A stretch of 64,000 nucleotides of DNA from an uncultured Gammaproteobacteria bacterium (GTDB lineage: Bacteria > Patescibacteriota > Microgenomatia > UBA8517). Under the pieces are notes generated by a model. That model did not search any database. It was not told the DNA's origin and saw only the letters and a program-made list of their open reading frames with translations. A program made the position numbers and the translations under genes. The stretch covers positions 762 through 64,761 of the forward strand of contig CAYSZS010000002.1 of the NCBI GenBank assembly GCA_964435575.1. The letters are read 5' to 3'. Below are positions 25,837 through 35,509 of this stretch, piece by piece (the first letter of the stretch is position 1; each line of letters opens with the position of its first letter).

Positions 25837-27934
25837 TTTTATCACGAATTTCAGCCGCTAGTTCGAAATTCAAATCTTGTGCAGCGAGGGACATTTCGCG
25901 GCGAAGTTTTATAACCAACCTTTTTCTATCCATCGGTGTTAGCGAGTCTAAATCTATGTCGGGAAGCCTGGAATAAGTTTTTTCAGTCTTTTCGAAAAGC
26001 TTATCAAGTGTTGATTCTTCCTCTTCTTCAACGAGCCTTTTCCTTATTGGTTTGGTGATCGAAGTTGGTTTAATGCCGTATTCTTTGTTCATTTTGATTT
26101 GATAATCACGCCTTCTTTCGACTTCGGCTATCGCCCTTTGCATCGAGCCGGTTACCTTCTCTGCGTAAAGAATAACCTTCCCTTCTATATGCCTTGCAGC
26201 CCGTCCCATCGTTTGTATCAGAGAAACTTCGCTCCGTAGAAATCCTTCTTTGTCTGCGTCTAAAATTGCGACTAATGAAACTTCCGGAAGATCAAGACCC
26301 TCTCTTAATAAGTTCACGCCTACTAAAACGTCGTACTTTCCTCGCCTTAAATCATCTAAAATATCACTTCTTTCAAGTGTCGCCACATCGGAATGAAGGT
26401 AATGAACATTTAGACCCTGTTCAATTAAATACTGGCTTAAATCCTCAGCCGTTCTTTTTGTTAAGGTTGTAACGAGTACACGTTGCTTTTTCTTACTAAC
26501 TTTTTTTATTTCTTCAATTACATCTTTTACCTGGGTTTTAATTGACCTTATTTCAATTTCCGGGTCGGGTATACCTGTGGGGCGAAGAAGTTGCTCGACT
26601 ATGCCGTCTGCGGCAAATAGACTAGTGTCTGATGCTCTATTTGATTTTTTTCTGTAGACCGTAGTCTCTTGACCGTAAGCTTGTTTTGCCATTCCCATTT
26701 CCCACTCCGAAGGGGTCGCGCTGGTTGCGATAAAACCTGGAATTCTGCGCATGAATTCTTCGAATTTTAGGGGGCGATTGTCAAATGCTGCCGGGAGACG
26801 AAATCCATAATCAATTAAAACTTCTTTTCTGGCCATGTCGCCGTTGTACATTCCCCTTATTTGGGGAAAAGTTATATGGCTTTCGTCTATAAAAGTAAGC
26901 CAGCCGTTTTTGTAAGGTTCATTGAAATAATCCAGAAGCGAATACGGCGGGTCCCCCGGACTTCTACCGTCAAAATATCTTGAATAGTTTTCAATACCTT
27001 TTACATATCCGACTTCCGCAATCATTTCAAGATCATATTTAACTTTATTTTGGAGTCTGTATGCTTCAAGCTCTTTGCCTTTCTTTTTAAAATAAGCGAC
27101 TCTTTCGGCCAAATCATGTTCAATTTTGGTAAAAACGTCCTTATTTTTTGTAGGATCTGTTACATAGTGTTTTGCAGGATAAAGAACGAATTTTTCTATT
27201 TTTCCTTTTCCATTTTCCTTTTTGGAGCCAGACACGGGGTCAATAAATTTTACATTTTTTATGACATCTTGCCCAATTTCGAGTCGCACTCCCTCGTCCT
27301 GATAGGAAGGGTAAATGTCAATGGTGTCCCCCATCACCCGGAAGGTACCCCGATGGAATCCGAAGTCGCCTCTTTCGTATTGCAGATCAATGAGTCTATT
27401 GATAATCTGATCCCTCCCAATTTTTACTCCTTGTGAAATTTCAAAGACAAAATGTCCGTATTCTCGGGGAGAACCGATATTGTATATGCAAGAGACCGAT
27501 GCAACGACTATGGTGTCGTGTCGAGTTAAAAGATTTGTGGTAGCTGCGAGACGCAGCTTATCGATGAGCTCGTTAATATCAGCATCTTTTTCAATATATG
27601 TGTCGGTTGAAGGGATGTAAGCCTCTGGTTGGTAATAGTCATAGTATGAAACAAAAAAAGAAACCGCATTTTCAGGAAAAAAATCACGAAATTCCTGATA
27701 GAGCTGTGCTGCCAGAGTTTTATTGTGAGAAATGATGAGCGCAGGCTTTTGCAGGCGCTCGATAACGTTGGCGATGGTGAACGTCTTTCCCGAACCAGTC
27801 ACTCCCAGAAGGACTTGGTAGTCAATTCCGTTTTTAACTCCCTCACAAAGAGAGTCTATTGCCTTTTCCTGATCTGGGATGGGTTTATAGTTTGACTTAA
27901 GTTTAAATTTATTCATATTCCGAAATATTACCAT
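25811..27934 (-). CDS. uvrB: Excinuclease ABC subunit B (start could be the Met at 27916)
   Basis: Helicase motifs (GVTGSGKT, DESH), beta-hairpin region, C-terminal UVR domain. Confidence 0.95.
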   Translation of the reverse strand: MVIFRNMNKFKLKSNYKPIPDQEKAIDSLCEGVKNGIDYQVLLGVTGSGKTFTIANVIERLQKPALIISHNKTLAAQLYQEFRDFFPENAVSFFVSYYDYYQPEAYIPSTDTYIEKDADINELIDKLRLAATTNLLTRHDTIVVASVSCIYNIGSPREYGHFVFEISQGVKIGRDQIINRLIDLQYERGDFGFHRGTFRVMGDTIDIYPSYQDEGVRLEIGQDVIKNVKFIDPVSGSKKENGKGKIEKFVLYPAKHYVTDPTKNKDVFTKIEHDLAERVAYFKKKGKELEAYRLQNKVKYDLEMIAEVGYVKGIENYSRYFDGRSPGDPPYSLLDYFNEPYKNGWLTFIDESHITFPQIRGMYNGDMARKEVLIDYGFRLPAAFDNRPLKFEEFMRRIPGFIATSATPSEWEMGMAKQAYGQETTVYRKKSNRASDTSLFAADGIVEQLLRPTGIPDPEIEIRSIKTQVKDVIEEIKKVSKKKQRVLVTTLTKRTAEDLSQYLIEQGLNVHYLHSDVATLERSDILDDLRRGKYDVLVGVNLLREGLDLPEVSLVAILDADKEGFLRSEVSLIQTMGRAARHIEGKVILYAEKVTGSMQRAIAEVERRRDYQIKMNKEYGIKPTSITKPIRKRLVEEEEESTLDKLFEKTEKTYSRLPDIDLDSLTPMDRKRLVIKLRREMSLAAQDLNFELAAEIRDKIKELEFQS

Positions 27935-28052
27935 AAATTGCCACTTGACCCCAGTACTACACTTACTTGCTCCCGAAAACTACGTGTTCGCGTCGCAAGA
28001 GCGTGAGTACGGGGTCTGCGCCCCATTTGATGCGAAATTATCAAATTGGGGC

Positions 28053-28092
28053 TTGACATCTTCGGGTAAAGTTTGTACAAATAAAATACAAA
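28053..28092 (+). promoter_or_regulatory. Candidate lexA promoter (TTGACA-17-TACAAA) overlapped by the inverted repeat TTTGTA-N9-TACAAA; candidate autoregulatory operator
   Basis: Read directly; 40-80 nt upstream of the lexA ATG. Confidence 0.35.
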
Positions 28093-28095
28093 GAT

Positions 28096-28130
28096 AACTA
28101 ATAGCTAATGACTAATTACTAATAACTAAT
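28096..28130 (+). repeat. Five tandem heptads (AACTAAT AGCTAAT GACTAAT TACTAAT AACTAAT) ending 2 nt before the lexA ATG, in the position where an SD would be
   Basis: Read directly. Confidence 0.6.
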
Positions 28131-28132
28131 TT

Positions 28133-28756
28133 ATGGCACCGGTAATTTATCAAAGACAGCGTCAGATTTTAGATTTTATCAGACAGTATATACAATCTAC
28201 CGGTTCTGCCCCTACTCTTAAAATAATTGCGAATGCTTTGGGCGTTTCTTCTTTGGCGACCGTACACGAGCATCTTACTTCCTTAGAAAATAAAAAGTTA
28301 ATAAGAAGAAAGCCCGGTAAAAGCCGTTCGATAGAGTTGGTCAACGTTGATAGCGAATATTCACAGGAAGGTATTGAAGTGCCAATTTTAGGTTATATCG
28401 CAGCCGGAGCACCGATTGAGCCATATACCGACCCTAATGCAAGTTTTGCGATACCATCTAATTTTGTTTCAGGAAAAAAACGTACTTATATACTTCAAGT
28501 AAAAGGAGAATCGATGATAGAGGAACAAATTCGTGATGGCGACTATGTAGTTATCGAGCAGGCAGAGGATGCGGTAAATGGAGATATTGTGGTAGCGCTA
28601 CTTGATAACGGTATGGCTACACTCAAGAGATTTTTCAGGGAAACGACAAGAATTAGGCTGGAACCAGCCAACGCCAAGATGAGCCCCATTTTTGTAAAAA
28701 ACGTAAAAATTCAGGGTAAGGTTGTGGGTCTTATCAGAAAGTACTACAAAAACTAA
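28133..28756 (+). CDS. lexA: LexA repressor (S24 peptidase)
   Basis: N-terminal wHTH. AG cleavage site (IAAGAP). Ser/Lys dyad region (KGESM...LKRF); 207 aa. Confidence 0.9.
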   Translation: MAPVIYQRQRQILDFIRQYIQSTGSAPTLKIIANALGVSSLATVHEHLTSLENKKLIRRKPGKSRSIELVNVDSEYSQEGIEVPILGYIAAGAPIEPYTDPNASFAIPSNFVSGKKRTYILQVKGESMIEEQIRDGDYVVIEQAEDAVNGDIVVALLDNGMATLKRFFRETTRIRLEPANAKMSPIFVKNVKIQGKVVGLIRKYYKN

Positions 28757-30420
28757 AAATCTCTTAAGTCGGAAAGTAGGTTACTCCCGGTCATGCTCGT
28801 TGGAGTTGGTAAACCTAAAAGATTAAGTATGGTGGGTGCGACGTCGGCGAGTATTCCGGTACGAAGCTTGTAGGATTTACCCAGAAGTTGATGCGAGATT
28901 GCGATGAAGGGGACCCGGCTTGTTGAATGTTCGGTGTCTATTTCGTTAGTGTCACGGTTTATTAGTTCTTCGGCGTTACCGTGGTCAGATGTAATAATTA
29001 AAGCCCCTCCATATCCCAAAATAAAATTGCTAAGTTTTCCGATACATTCGTCCACGACCTCAACAGCTTTTACGGTTGCTCCGATATTTCCTGTATGCCC
29101 CACCATGTCGGGGTTGGGAAAGTTGACAACTACAAATTTATAATCGGAAATAGACAATTTCTTTAGAAGTGTTTCTGTGAGTTCGTAAGCGCTCATTTCC
29201 GGCTTCTGATCGTATGTCGGAACTTTTGGTGAGGGTATGATTACTCTTTCTTCAAGGGGATATTCTTTTTCCCTTATGCCGTTAAAATAAAATGTGACAA
29301 ATCTTTCTTTTTCACTCTCGGTGGCTTTAAGTTGTCTTAAACTTGAGGTCGCAATGACTCCCGATATGGGCATGTCGATGATCTCCGGAGGAAATGCGGG
29401 TTTTGCTCCCGCATCCGTGATCGGTTTACCGTATTCCGTCATTGTTACAAAATATAGGTTTTTAGGTAATACGCCTCTATCAAACGGTTCTTGAGATTTG
29501 GGGGACTCTTGACTAATATGCGTTTTTTGGTATTTAACCAGGTAAGGGTCGTAATCAAAAACTATATTTGCTTTACTAAAATCTTTAAATACGAAGGTTT
29601 TTGTTAGCTGTCTGGGCCTATCTATTCTGAAATTAAAAAAAACGACCGCGTCGTTATCAGAAATTACGCTAAGAGGCTTTCCATCTTTATTCGTTATTAC
29701 CGAAGGATCTATGAATTCGTCGGTTTTTCCTTCCGAGTATGATATGTCGATTGCTTCTTCAGGTTCTTTGACAAGGTTACCTTCTCCTTTCATTAGGGCA
29801 AAATAGGCTTTGGCGGTTCTATCCCAACGCTGATCACGATCCATTGCCCAATACCTTCCCGTTATGGTGGCTATTTTGCCTACCGCTTCCTTTTTCAGAA
29901 CTTCCCTTAAACGCATGAGATAAGTTTTAGCGGCGGTTGGCGGCGAATCTCTGCCGTCGGTAAAAAGATGTAGGTAAAGCCTGTCAAATTTTAAAGTACG
30001 CGTTAAGCGGATTAGAGCAAAGAGGTGTTCAATATTGGAATGAACACCACCGGCGCCGAGAAGTCCCATAAAATGGAGGTTTGATGAAAATTTTTTGGCG
30101 TGTTCGATTGCGTTAGTCAGAATTTTATTTTCGAAAAAACTACCATCGGCGATGGCCATATTAATTCTTTCCAGATCCTGATAAACAATTCTTCCCGCTC
30201 CAAGATTTAAATGACCGGTCTCGGTATTTCCATCCTCAGCCCGAGGAAGTCCCACAGATTCCCCTGACGCTTCGAGCTCGGCATGCGGGTAAGATGCCCA
30301 GAATTTATCGAAATTAGGGGTATTTGCTTTGGTTATCGCATTACCGGGAGAGTCAGGCGCTATGCCCCAGCCGTCAAGTATAGCGAGTACTACAAATTTA
30401 CATCGTTGGGAAGAATTCAT
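28753..30420 (-). CDS. gpmI: 2,3-bisphosphoglycerate-independent phosphoglycerate mutase
   Basis: LAILDGWG, TDGRDS, HGNAE motifs; 555 aa. Confidence 0.9.
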   Translation of the reverse strand: MNSSQRCKFVVLAILDGWGIAPDSPGNAITKANTPNFDKFWASYPHAELEASGESVGLPRAEDGNTETGHLNLGAGRIVYQDLERINMAIADGSFFENKILTNAIEHAKKFSSNLHFMGLLGAGGVHSNIEHLFALIRLTRTLKFDRLYLHLFTDGRDSPPTAAKTYLMRLREVLKKEAVGKIATITGRYWAMDRDQRWDRTAKAYFALMKGEGNLVKEPEEAIDISYSEGKTDEFIDPSVITNKDGKPLSVISDNDAVVFFNFRIDRPRQLTKTFVFKDFSKANIVFDYDPYLVKYQKTHISQESPKSQEPFDRGVLPKNLYFVTMTEYGKPITDAGAKPAFPPEIIDMPISGVIATSSLRQLKATESEKERFVTFYFNGIREKEYPLEERVIIPSPKVPTYDQKPEMSAYELTETLLKKLSISDYKFVVVNFPNPDMVGHTGNIGATVKAVEVVDECIGKLSNFILGYGGALIITSDHGNAEELINRDTNEIDTEHSTSRVPFIAISHQLLGKSYKLRTGILADVAPTILNLLGLPTPTSMTGSNLLSDLRDF

Positions 30421-31691
30421 TGTGCCTTTTGTTGCAGGAGTTCAGCCTCAATTGACAAAAGCCTATTGTATTTGACTACGCGTTCGCCTCGGTTCGGTGC
30501 ACCAAATTTTGCATAGTCAGACCCGATTCCGACGGCAAAATCTGCTATAAACCAGTCATTGGTTTCTCCGCCCCTGTGGGATGTAATAATTTTCCAATTA
30601 GCTTCCTGAGAAATTTTTACGACCTTTAAAGTTTCAGTTATTGTTCCGACTTGATTGGGTTTGACTAGTATGGCATTACAGGAGCCCTCGCTTATTCCTT
30701 TTTCGACCCTTTCGAAATTGGTTGTGAGAAGGTCGTCGCCAACTACGACCAGTTGATCTTTAAAACTTTCTGATAATTTTTTCCACGATTCCCATGCGTC
30801 CTCATGAAAAGGATCCTCGATTTCGGCCAAGTGATACTGACTATTTATGTATTTGTAGTATTCTAAGAGTCCGTCGTCTGTAAGGGGTGCGGATTTGTCA
30901 CGAATTGTATACTCTCCGTTTTTATAAAAAACGTTTGCCGCTACATCAAGTCCGAAAAATACATCACGCCCGATTTGATAAGGCGTTTGTTTGACGGCTT
31001 CGTATAAAACTTCCAAGGCGTCGGCGTTGGTAAATAGATTGGGTGCGTAGCCGCCCTCTTCTCCGAAAGAATGAATCGCACCCCTTCTTTCCAGGTCTCT
31101 TCCCAATATTAGAAATATCTCAACGGCGCTCCTTAGAGAATCCGAAAAGGACTTTGAGGTTGCAGGGATAAGATGAAATTCCTGAAAATCTAAATTGCCG
31201 GCTCCGTGAAGCCCGCCTTCAATAAGTACAAAAACTGAAGACGGAATTCGAACTTCACCTTTGATGCCCACCCTTTTTGCCAGAGTGTTTATCCATAAAT
31301 AAAGCGGTTGTTTTGTTGCAAGGCTTGCCGCTTTAGTTACGGCAGTCGAGACTGAAAGAATCGCGTTTGCCCCGTATTTTGATTTATTGGGAGTTCCGTC
31401 AAGCTCGATGAGTCGAGAATCAACTCTTTCCTGATCTGTTGCGTCTGAACCCCACACACCGGGGCCTAATACGTCATTTACATTGGCAACGGCCTTACTG
31501 ACTCCCTTCCCTAGATATTTTTGTGCGTCGTTGTCCCTGAGTTCGAGGGCTTCATGGGTTCCTGTTGAAGTTCCGCTTGGAACTGAAGCTACCGCAGTTT
31601 CTCCAGTATCTAGCTGACAGGCAGCCTCAACAGTCGGAATGCCGCGGGAGTCAAGGATTTGTCTTGCCCAAACTTTTTGAATTTTAGCCAT
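30417..31691 (-). CDS. eno: Enolase
   Basis: ARQILDSRGIPTVE N-terminus; 424 aa; overlaps the gpmI start by 4 nt. Confidence 0.95.
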   Translation of the reverse strand: MAKIQKVWARQILDSRGIPTVEAACQLDTGETAVASVPSGTSTGTHEALELRDNDAQKYLGKGVSKAVANVNDVLGPGVWGSDATDQERVDSRLIELDGTPNKSKYGANAILSVSTAVTKAASLATKQPLYLWINTLAKRVGIKGEVRIPSSVFVLIEGGLHGAGNLDFQEFHLIPATSKSFSDSLRSAVEIFLILGRDLERRGAIHSFGEEGGYAPNLFTNADALEVLYEAVKQTPYQIGRDVFFGLDVAANVFYKNGEYTIRDKSAPLTDDGLLEYYKYINSQYHLAEIEDPFHEDAWESWKKLSESFKDQLVVVGDDLLTTNFERVEKGISEGSCNAILVKPNQVGTITETLKVVKISQEANWKIITSHRGGETNDWFIADFAVGIGSDYAKFGAPNRGERVVKYNRLLSIEAELLQQKAQ

Positions 31692-31717
31692 AACTTTATT
31701 TTATATTAACTACTAAT

Positions 31718-34036
31718 TTAGAGCTTATCAACCACCTCTTTTTCTGCTTCCATTATTACTTTTCGGGTTGTATTGACCGCGTCAGGATTCACCGAGATAG
31801 AAGTTATTCCGTATTTAACCAATTTTTTAACCAAATCTTCGTACTCAGATGGTGCTTGTCCGCAGATTGAGGAGGTTACGCCATGCTTGTTGCATTTTTT
31901 AATTACGCGCCTTAAGGACCAATTGACAACCGGAGATCTTTCGTTAAAGGCGCTGGCTACTTCGGCGTTATCACGATCGGTTCCCGTCAAAAGCATTGTC
32001 AGGTCATTTGAGCCTATCGACACTCCGTCAATTCCTACCTTAATAAATTCTTCGATCAAGATTACATTAGTTGGAATTTCGACCATCATCCAGAATTTAA
32101 AAGTGGTTGAGGCAAAAAGTCCTTCGGCAGCCACAAGTCTTCTTACCTGTGATAATTCTTCGGGTGATCGGACAAAAGGGACCATTAACCAAAGATTTTT
32201 ATATTTATCCCGAACTTTTTTTATAGCCGTGAGTTCTAAGTTAAAAACGTCTGGACTGGCGATGTATCTGAAAGCACCTCGAAATCCAAGCATAGGATTG
32301 GGTTCGATCGGTTCCCAATTAGCTCCACCGGGAAGAGACCGATATTCATTGGTCTTGAAATCAGTGGCTCTATAGACTACTGGTCTGGGATAAAATGCTT
32401 TACAAAACGTTTCCAGATCGTTTGCGAGTTTCTCTACAAAATGACCCTGGGTTTTTTTCTTTATTGCTTCTTTGGGGTGAATCCCAATGTTTGCAATCAT
32501 AAATTCGGCCCGTAAAAGCCCGACTCCGTCAACGTTTAATTTAGACATCTCTACCGCCAGCTCTTTTTCTGCCAGGTTGATGTAGAGTTTTGTTGCGGTT
32601 TTGCCTTTAATTTCCTCTTCAACTACCTCTTTTTTTTCTATTTTTATCTTCCCCCCGAGGTAAATAAGTCCTCTTTCTCCGTCAACAGTGACTACTGTTT
32701 CATCTTTCAATCGCTTGGTTGCCTCTTTGGTTCCGACAACGCAGGGTATTCCTAATTCTCTTGAAACGATGGCGGCGTGAGAAGTCATCCCGCCCTCGTC
32801 GGTTATAATTGCCGAGGCCTTTTTCATTGCAGGTACATAATCCGGTGAAGTCATCGGAGCGACCAATACATCTTTGTTTTTAACTTTATTAATTTCTTTT
32901 GGGCTAGAGAGAACTTTGACGGGGCCTGTTCCTATGCCGGGGCTTGCTCCTACTCCTGTTAATACGGGAACTTCCGCTATTTTTATTTTTTTATCGTCGG
33001 TTATATCGATGGTTACTTTTGTTTCTCCCGCTTTTCCTAGCGCAGTAACCGGTCTTGTTTGAACGATATATAGGTTTTGACCATCTTTGGCCCACTCTAT
33101 ATCTTGAGGAAAATAATAATGCTTTTGCAGGCGCTCGGCGAGTTTGGCCAATTTGATGATTTCATTGTCATTTAGTTTGGGTTTGTCGCTTAATCTTTCC
33201 GGAACACCGCTTTCTATGTTTTTTCCACCCTTTTTAATTAGCTGAATCTTCTGATCAGAAATCTCTTTTGAGAGAATTGAAAAGGTGTCTTTTTGAACGA
33301 CATACCTGTCTGGAACAACAGACCCTTGGACAATCATTTCTCCCAGTCCCCAAACGGATTCAATTACGATTCTATCCTTATCACTTGTAACCGGATCTAT
33401 TGAAAACATTACTCCGGAGACTTCTGACTGAATCATCTTTTGGACAATGACTGAAATTTTTACTTTTGAATGAGAGATTTTATTCTGTTCACGATAAAAA
33501 ATTGCCCGTGCTGTAAAAAGTGACGCCCAGCAGTCTCTGACTGCGACTAAAAGATTTGCGTCACCCTTTACATTCAAAAAGGTTGCCTGTTGGCCGGCGA
33601 ATGAGGCGCCTGGTAAGTCCTCGGCAGTTGCCGAAGATCGAACGGCAACCAGAGCCGATTTAAATATCCCCGACAGCTTCTTATAAGCTTGAATAACATC
33701 GCGGGAAACTTCTTCTGGAATTAGACTCGTTGTAATAATTTTTTCGATTCTTTTTGAGGCTTCTTGAAGTTGTTCGGCTTCATTGATGTCAGTTTTTTCT
33801 ATGAGATCGTTAATTTTTTTGGAAATTTGGTTTTTTTCCAAAAAGGCATCATATGCGGAAACAGTTATTGCAAAACCAGGAGGTACAGGAAAACTTGCTT
33901 GTGTCATCTCGCCAAGATTTGCTCCTTTGCCCCCGACTGAAGGAATATCGTCTTTATCAATGTCTTTGAAGAATTTAATTAAGGGTTGTTGGGCAGCCAT
34001 AATAAATAATGATACTAATAATTCGAATAATGCCAA
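31718..34036 (-). CDS. ppsA: Phosphoenolpyruvate synthase (pyruvate, water dikinase)
   Basis: N-terminal VGGKGANLGEM ATP-grasp, central phospho-His domain, C-terminal PEP-utilising TIM barrel; 772 aa. Confidence 0.8.
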   Translation of the reverse strand: MALFELLVSLFIMAAQQPLIKFFKDIDKDDIPSVGGKGANLGEMTQASFPVPPGFAITVSAYDAFLEKNQISKKINDLIEKTDINEAEQLQEASKRIEKIITTSLIPEEVSRDVIQAYKKLSGIFKSALVAVRSSATAEDLPGASFAGQQATFLNVKGDANLLVAVRDCWASLFTARAIFYREQNKISHSKVKISVIVQKMIQSEVSGVMFSIDPVTSDKDRIVIESVWGLGEMIVQGSVVPDRYVVQKDTFSILSKEISDQKIQLIKKGGKNIESGVPERLSDKPKLNDNEIIKLAKLAERLQKHYYFPQDIEWAKDGQNLYIVQTRPVTALGKAGETKVTIDITDDKKIKIAEVPVLTGVGASPGIGTGPVKVLSSPKEINKVKNKDVLVAPMTSPDYVPAMKKASAIITDEGGMTSHAAIVSRELGIPCVVGTKEATKRLKDETVVTVDGERGLIYLGGKIKIEKKEVVEEEIKGKTATKLYINLAEKELAVEMSKLNVDGVGLLRAEFMIANIGIHPKEAIKKKTQGHFVEKLANDLETFCKAFYPRPVVYRATDFKTNEYRSLPGGANWEPIEPNPMLGFRGAFRYIASPDVFNLELTAIKKVRDKYKNLWLMVPFVRSPEELSQVRRLVAAEGLFASTTFKFWMMVEIPTNVILIEEFIKVGIDGVSIGSNDLTMLLTGTDRDNAEVASAFNERSPVVNWSLRRVIKKCNKHGVTSSICGQAPSEYEDLVKKLVKYGITSISVNPDAVNTTRKVIMEAEKEVVDKL

Positions 34037-34270
34037 TGCATACTAATAGGTGCAAATATTATTTCGTAAGTAGGTAGCGGTAACGAAACCCGTATCGTAA
34101 AAATCGTCTTACGTCTTACGTAACCGAAACAGGCATCCTAACCCTAACCGCTAGACTATTTATTCGTATCCATTCGCAGCATTCGCATAAATTCGCAGAT
34201 TAGCATTATACTAAACCACTATATCACAAAACCTTAGTTATAAATCAAGAAGCATATCGAGAATGAATTA

Positions 34271-35329
34271 TTACCTAGACAACCTTTCTTTGAAATAATC
34301 TACCCAAGGGATTTCTAAAGGATCTTCATTATATAATTTTGCCAGGTAATATGAAATAAAAGATCCGAGAATAAATACTTCAAATAGCTGTTTTAACCTT
34401 GTATCCGAACGGGGGCTATAGAGAAGGTAGTCATAACCATTTTTGTTTACGACTTCAGATGTTATTTTATATCTTTTTTGGACTTTTTCCGAATAAAGAC
34501 TCGAGTTAAAAAAAAGGAATTTAAGGCCCCCTTTAATTTTAGCAGGGTTTTTAAGGCCTTCCAATAAATGGTGGTTAAGCTCTGGAATATCAAAGAGTGT
34601 CGAAAAAGTCTTTGAATTTTCGTTAAATTGATTTTTTATAGCATGGGCTATGCCGTATAAATGCTCGGAAGCAATTATTACCGGAACATAGTTTTTAAGA
34701 CTAGCTGCAAGTTTATAAGACAGATTTTTATCTGTATCGATATTTTCATGAAACTCCGTTAAGAATTCGTACATAGAGTTAATGGCCTCATCAATATCTT
34801 CTCTATCGATTGAAATGAATCCTAACTTATGAAATAAGGAAAAATAGGAGCCGATAGAATAGCCCAAAGACATTCGGGGTTCTTTTGAGGGATTATTTAT
34901 TGGGTTAAAGATATAGGCAGGAATATTATCTTTTTTGGCTAGTTCGGAGAGTTTTCCTCCTGTTGTTATACAAAGAATTTTGGCATTTCTCTTCAAGGCG
35001 TCGAATGTGGCGTTAAGAGTTTCTTCCGTATTACCTGAGTAGGAATAGGATATGACAAGCGTATTTTTATTGACGTAGTTTGGAAGATGATACTCTGTAT
35101 AAATTTCAATAGGGAGTCTTATTTTATCTACGATGAAAGAGTCTATGATTCTTGCGCCAAGAGCGCTACCTCCCATGCCGCTGACGACGACATTGTCAAC
35201 GTTTTTATAATCTTCCGGGATATATAAAGTATCAATTTCTTCCCAAGCTTGCTTTAGTTGAAGCGGATAAGCGCGAATAGTATCTGCAACTAATTTATAT
35301 TTTTGGTCAAGTAACTTTGCCTTGGACAT
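34271..35329 (-). CDS. Bifunctional phosphoglucose/phosphomannose isomerase (SIS domain, archaeal-type PGI/PMI)
   Basis: SGMGGSALGARI and SYSGNTEETL SIS motifs. Confidence 0.7.
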   Translation of the reverse strand: MSKAKLLDQKYKLVADTIRAYPLQLKQAWEEIDTLYIPEDYKNVDNVVVSGMGGSALGARIIDSFIVDKIRLPIEIYTEYHLPNYVNKNTLVISYSYSGNTEETLNATFDALKRNAKILCITTGGKLSELAKKDNIPAYIFNPINNPSKEPRMSLGYSIGSYFSLFHKLGFISIDREDIDEAINSMYEFLTEFHENIDTDKNLSYKLAASLKNYVPVIIASEHLYGIAHAIKNQFNENSKTFSTLFDIPELNHHLLEGLKNPAKIKGGLKFLFFNSSLYSEKVQKRYKITSEVVNKNGYDYLLYSPRSDTRLKQLFEVFILGSFISYYLAKLYNEDPLEIPWVDYFKERLSR

Positions 35330-35475
35330 AATTCATACTAGCCATTTATTCCTAAAATTTCAAGATAAAAAGTTAGTTTAGTAGTTTAAAAGATACATGA
35401 GCTTTGTTTATTTATAGGGTGAACTATTAAATTTAAATGATTCTTACTTAATATAAAATATTCAACTATTATGAC

Positions 35476-35505
35476 ACGATCGTTTAATTTTAGTTGATCG
35501 TAAAT
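35476..35505 (-). promoter_or_regulatory. Bipartite motif ACGATCGTT-N7-AGTTGATCGTAA, copy 1 (5 nt after the PaaX-like stop, ~150 nt upstream of pgi/pmi)
   Basis: Near-identical copy at 36286-36315. Contains the palindrome ACGATCGT. Confidence 0.45.
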
Positions 35506-35509
35506 CTAT

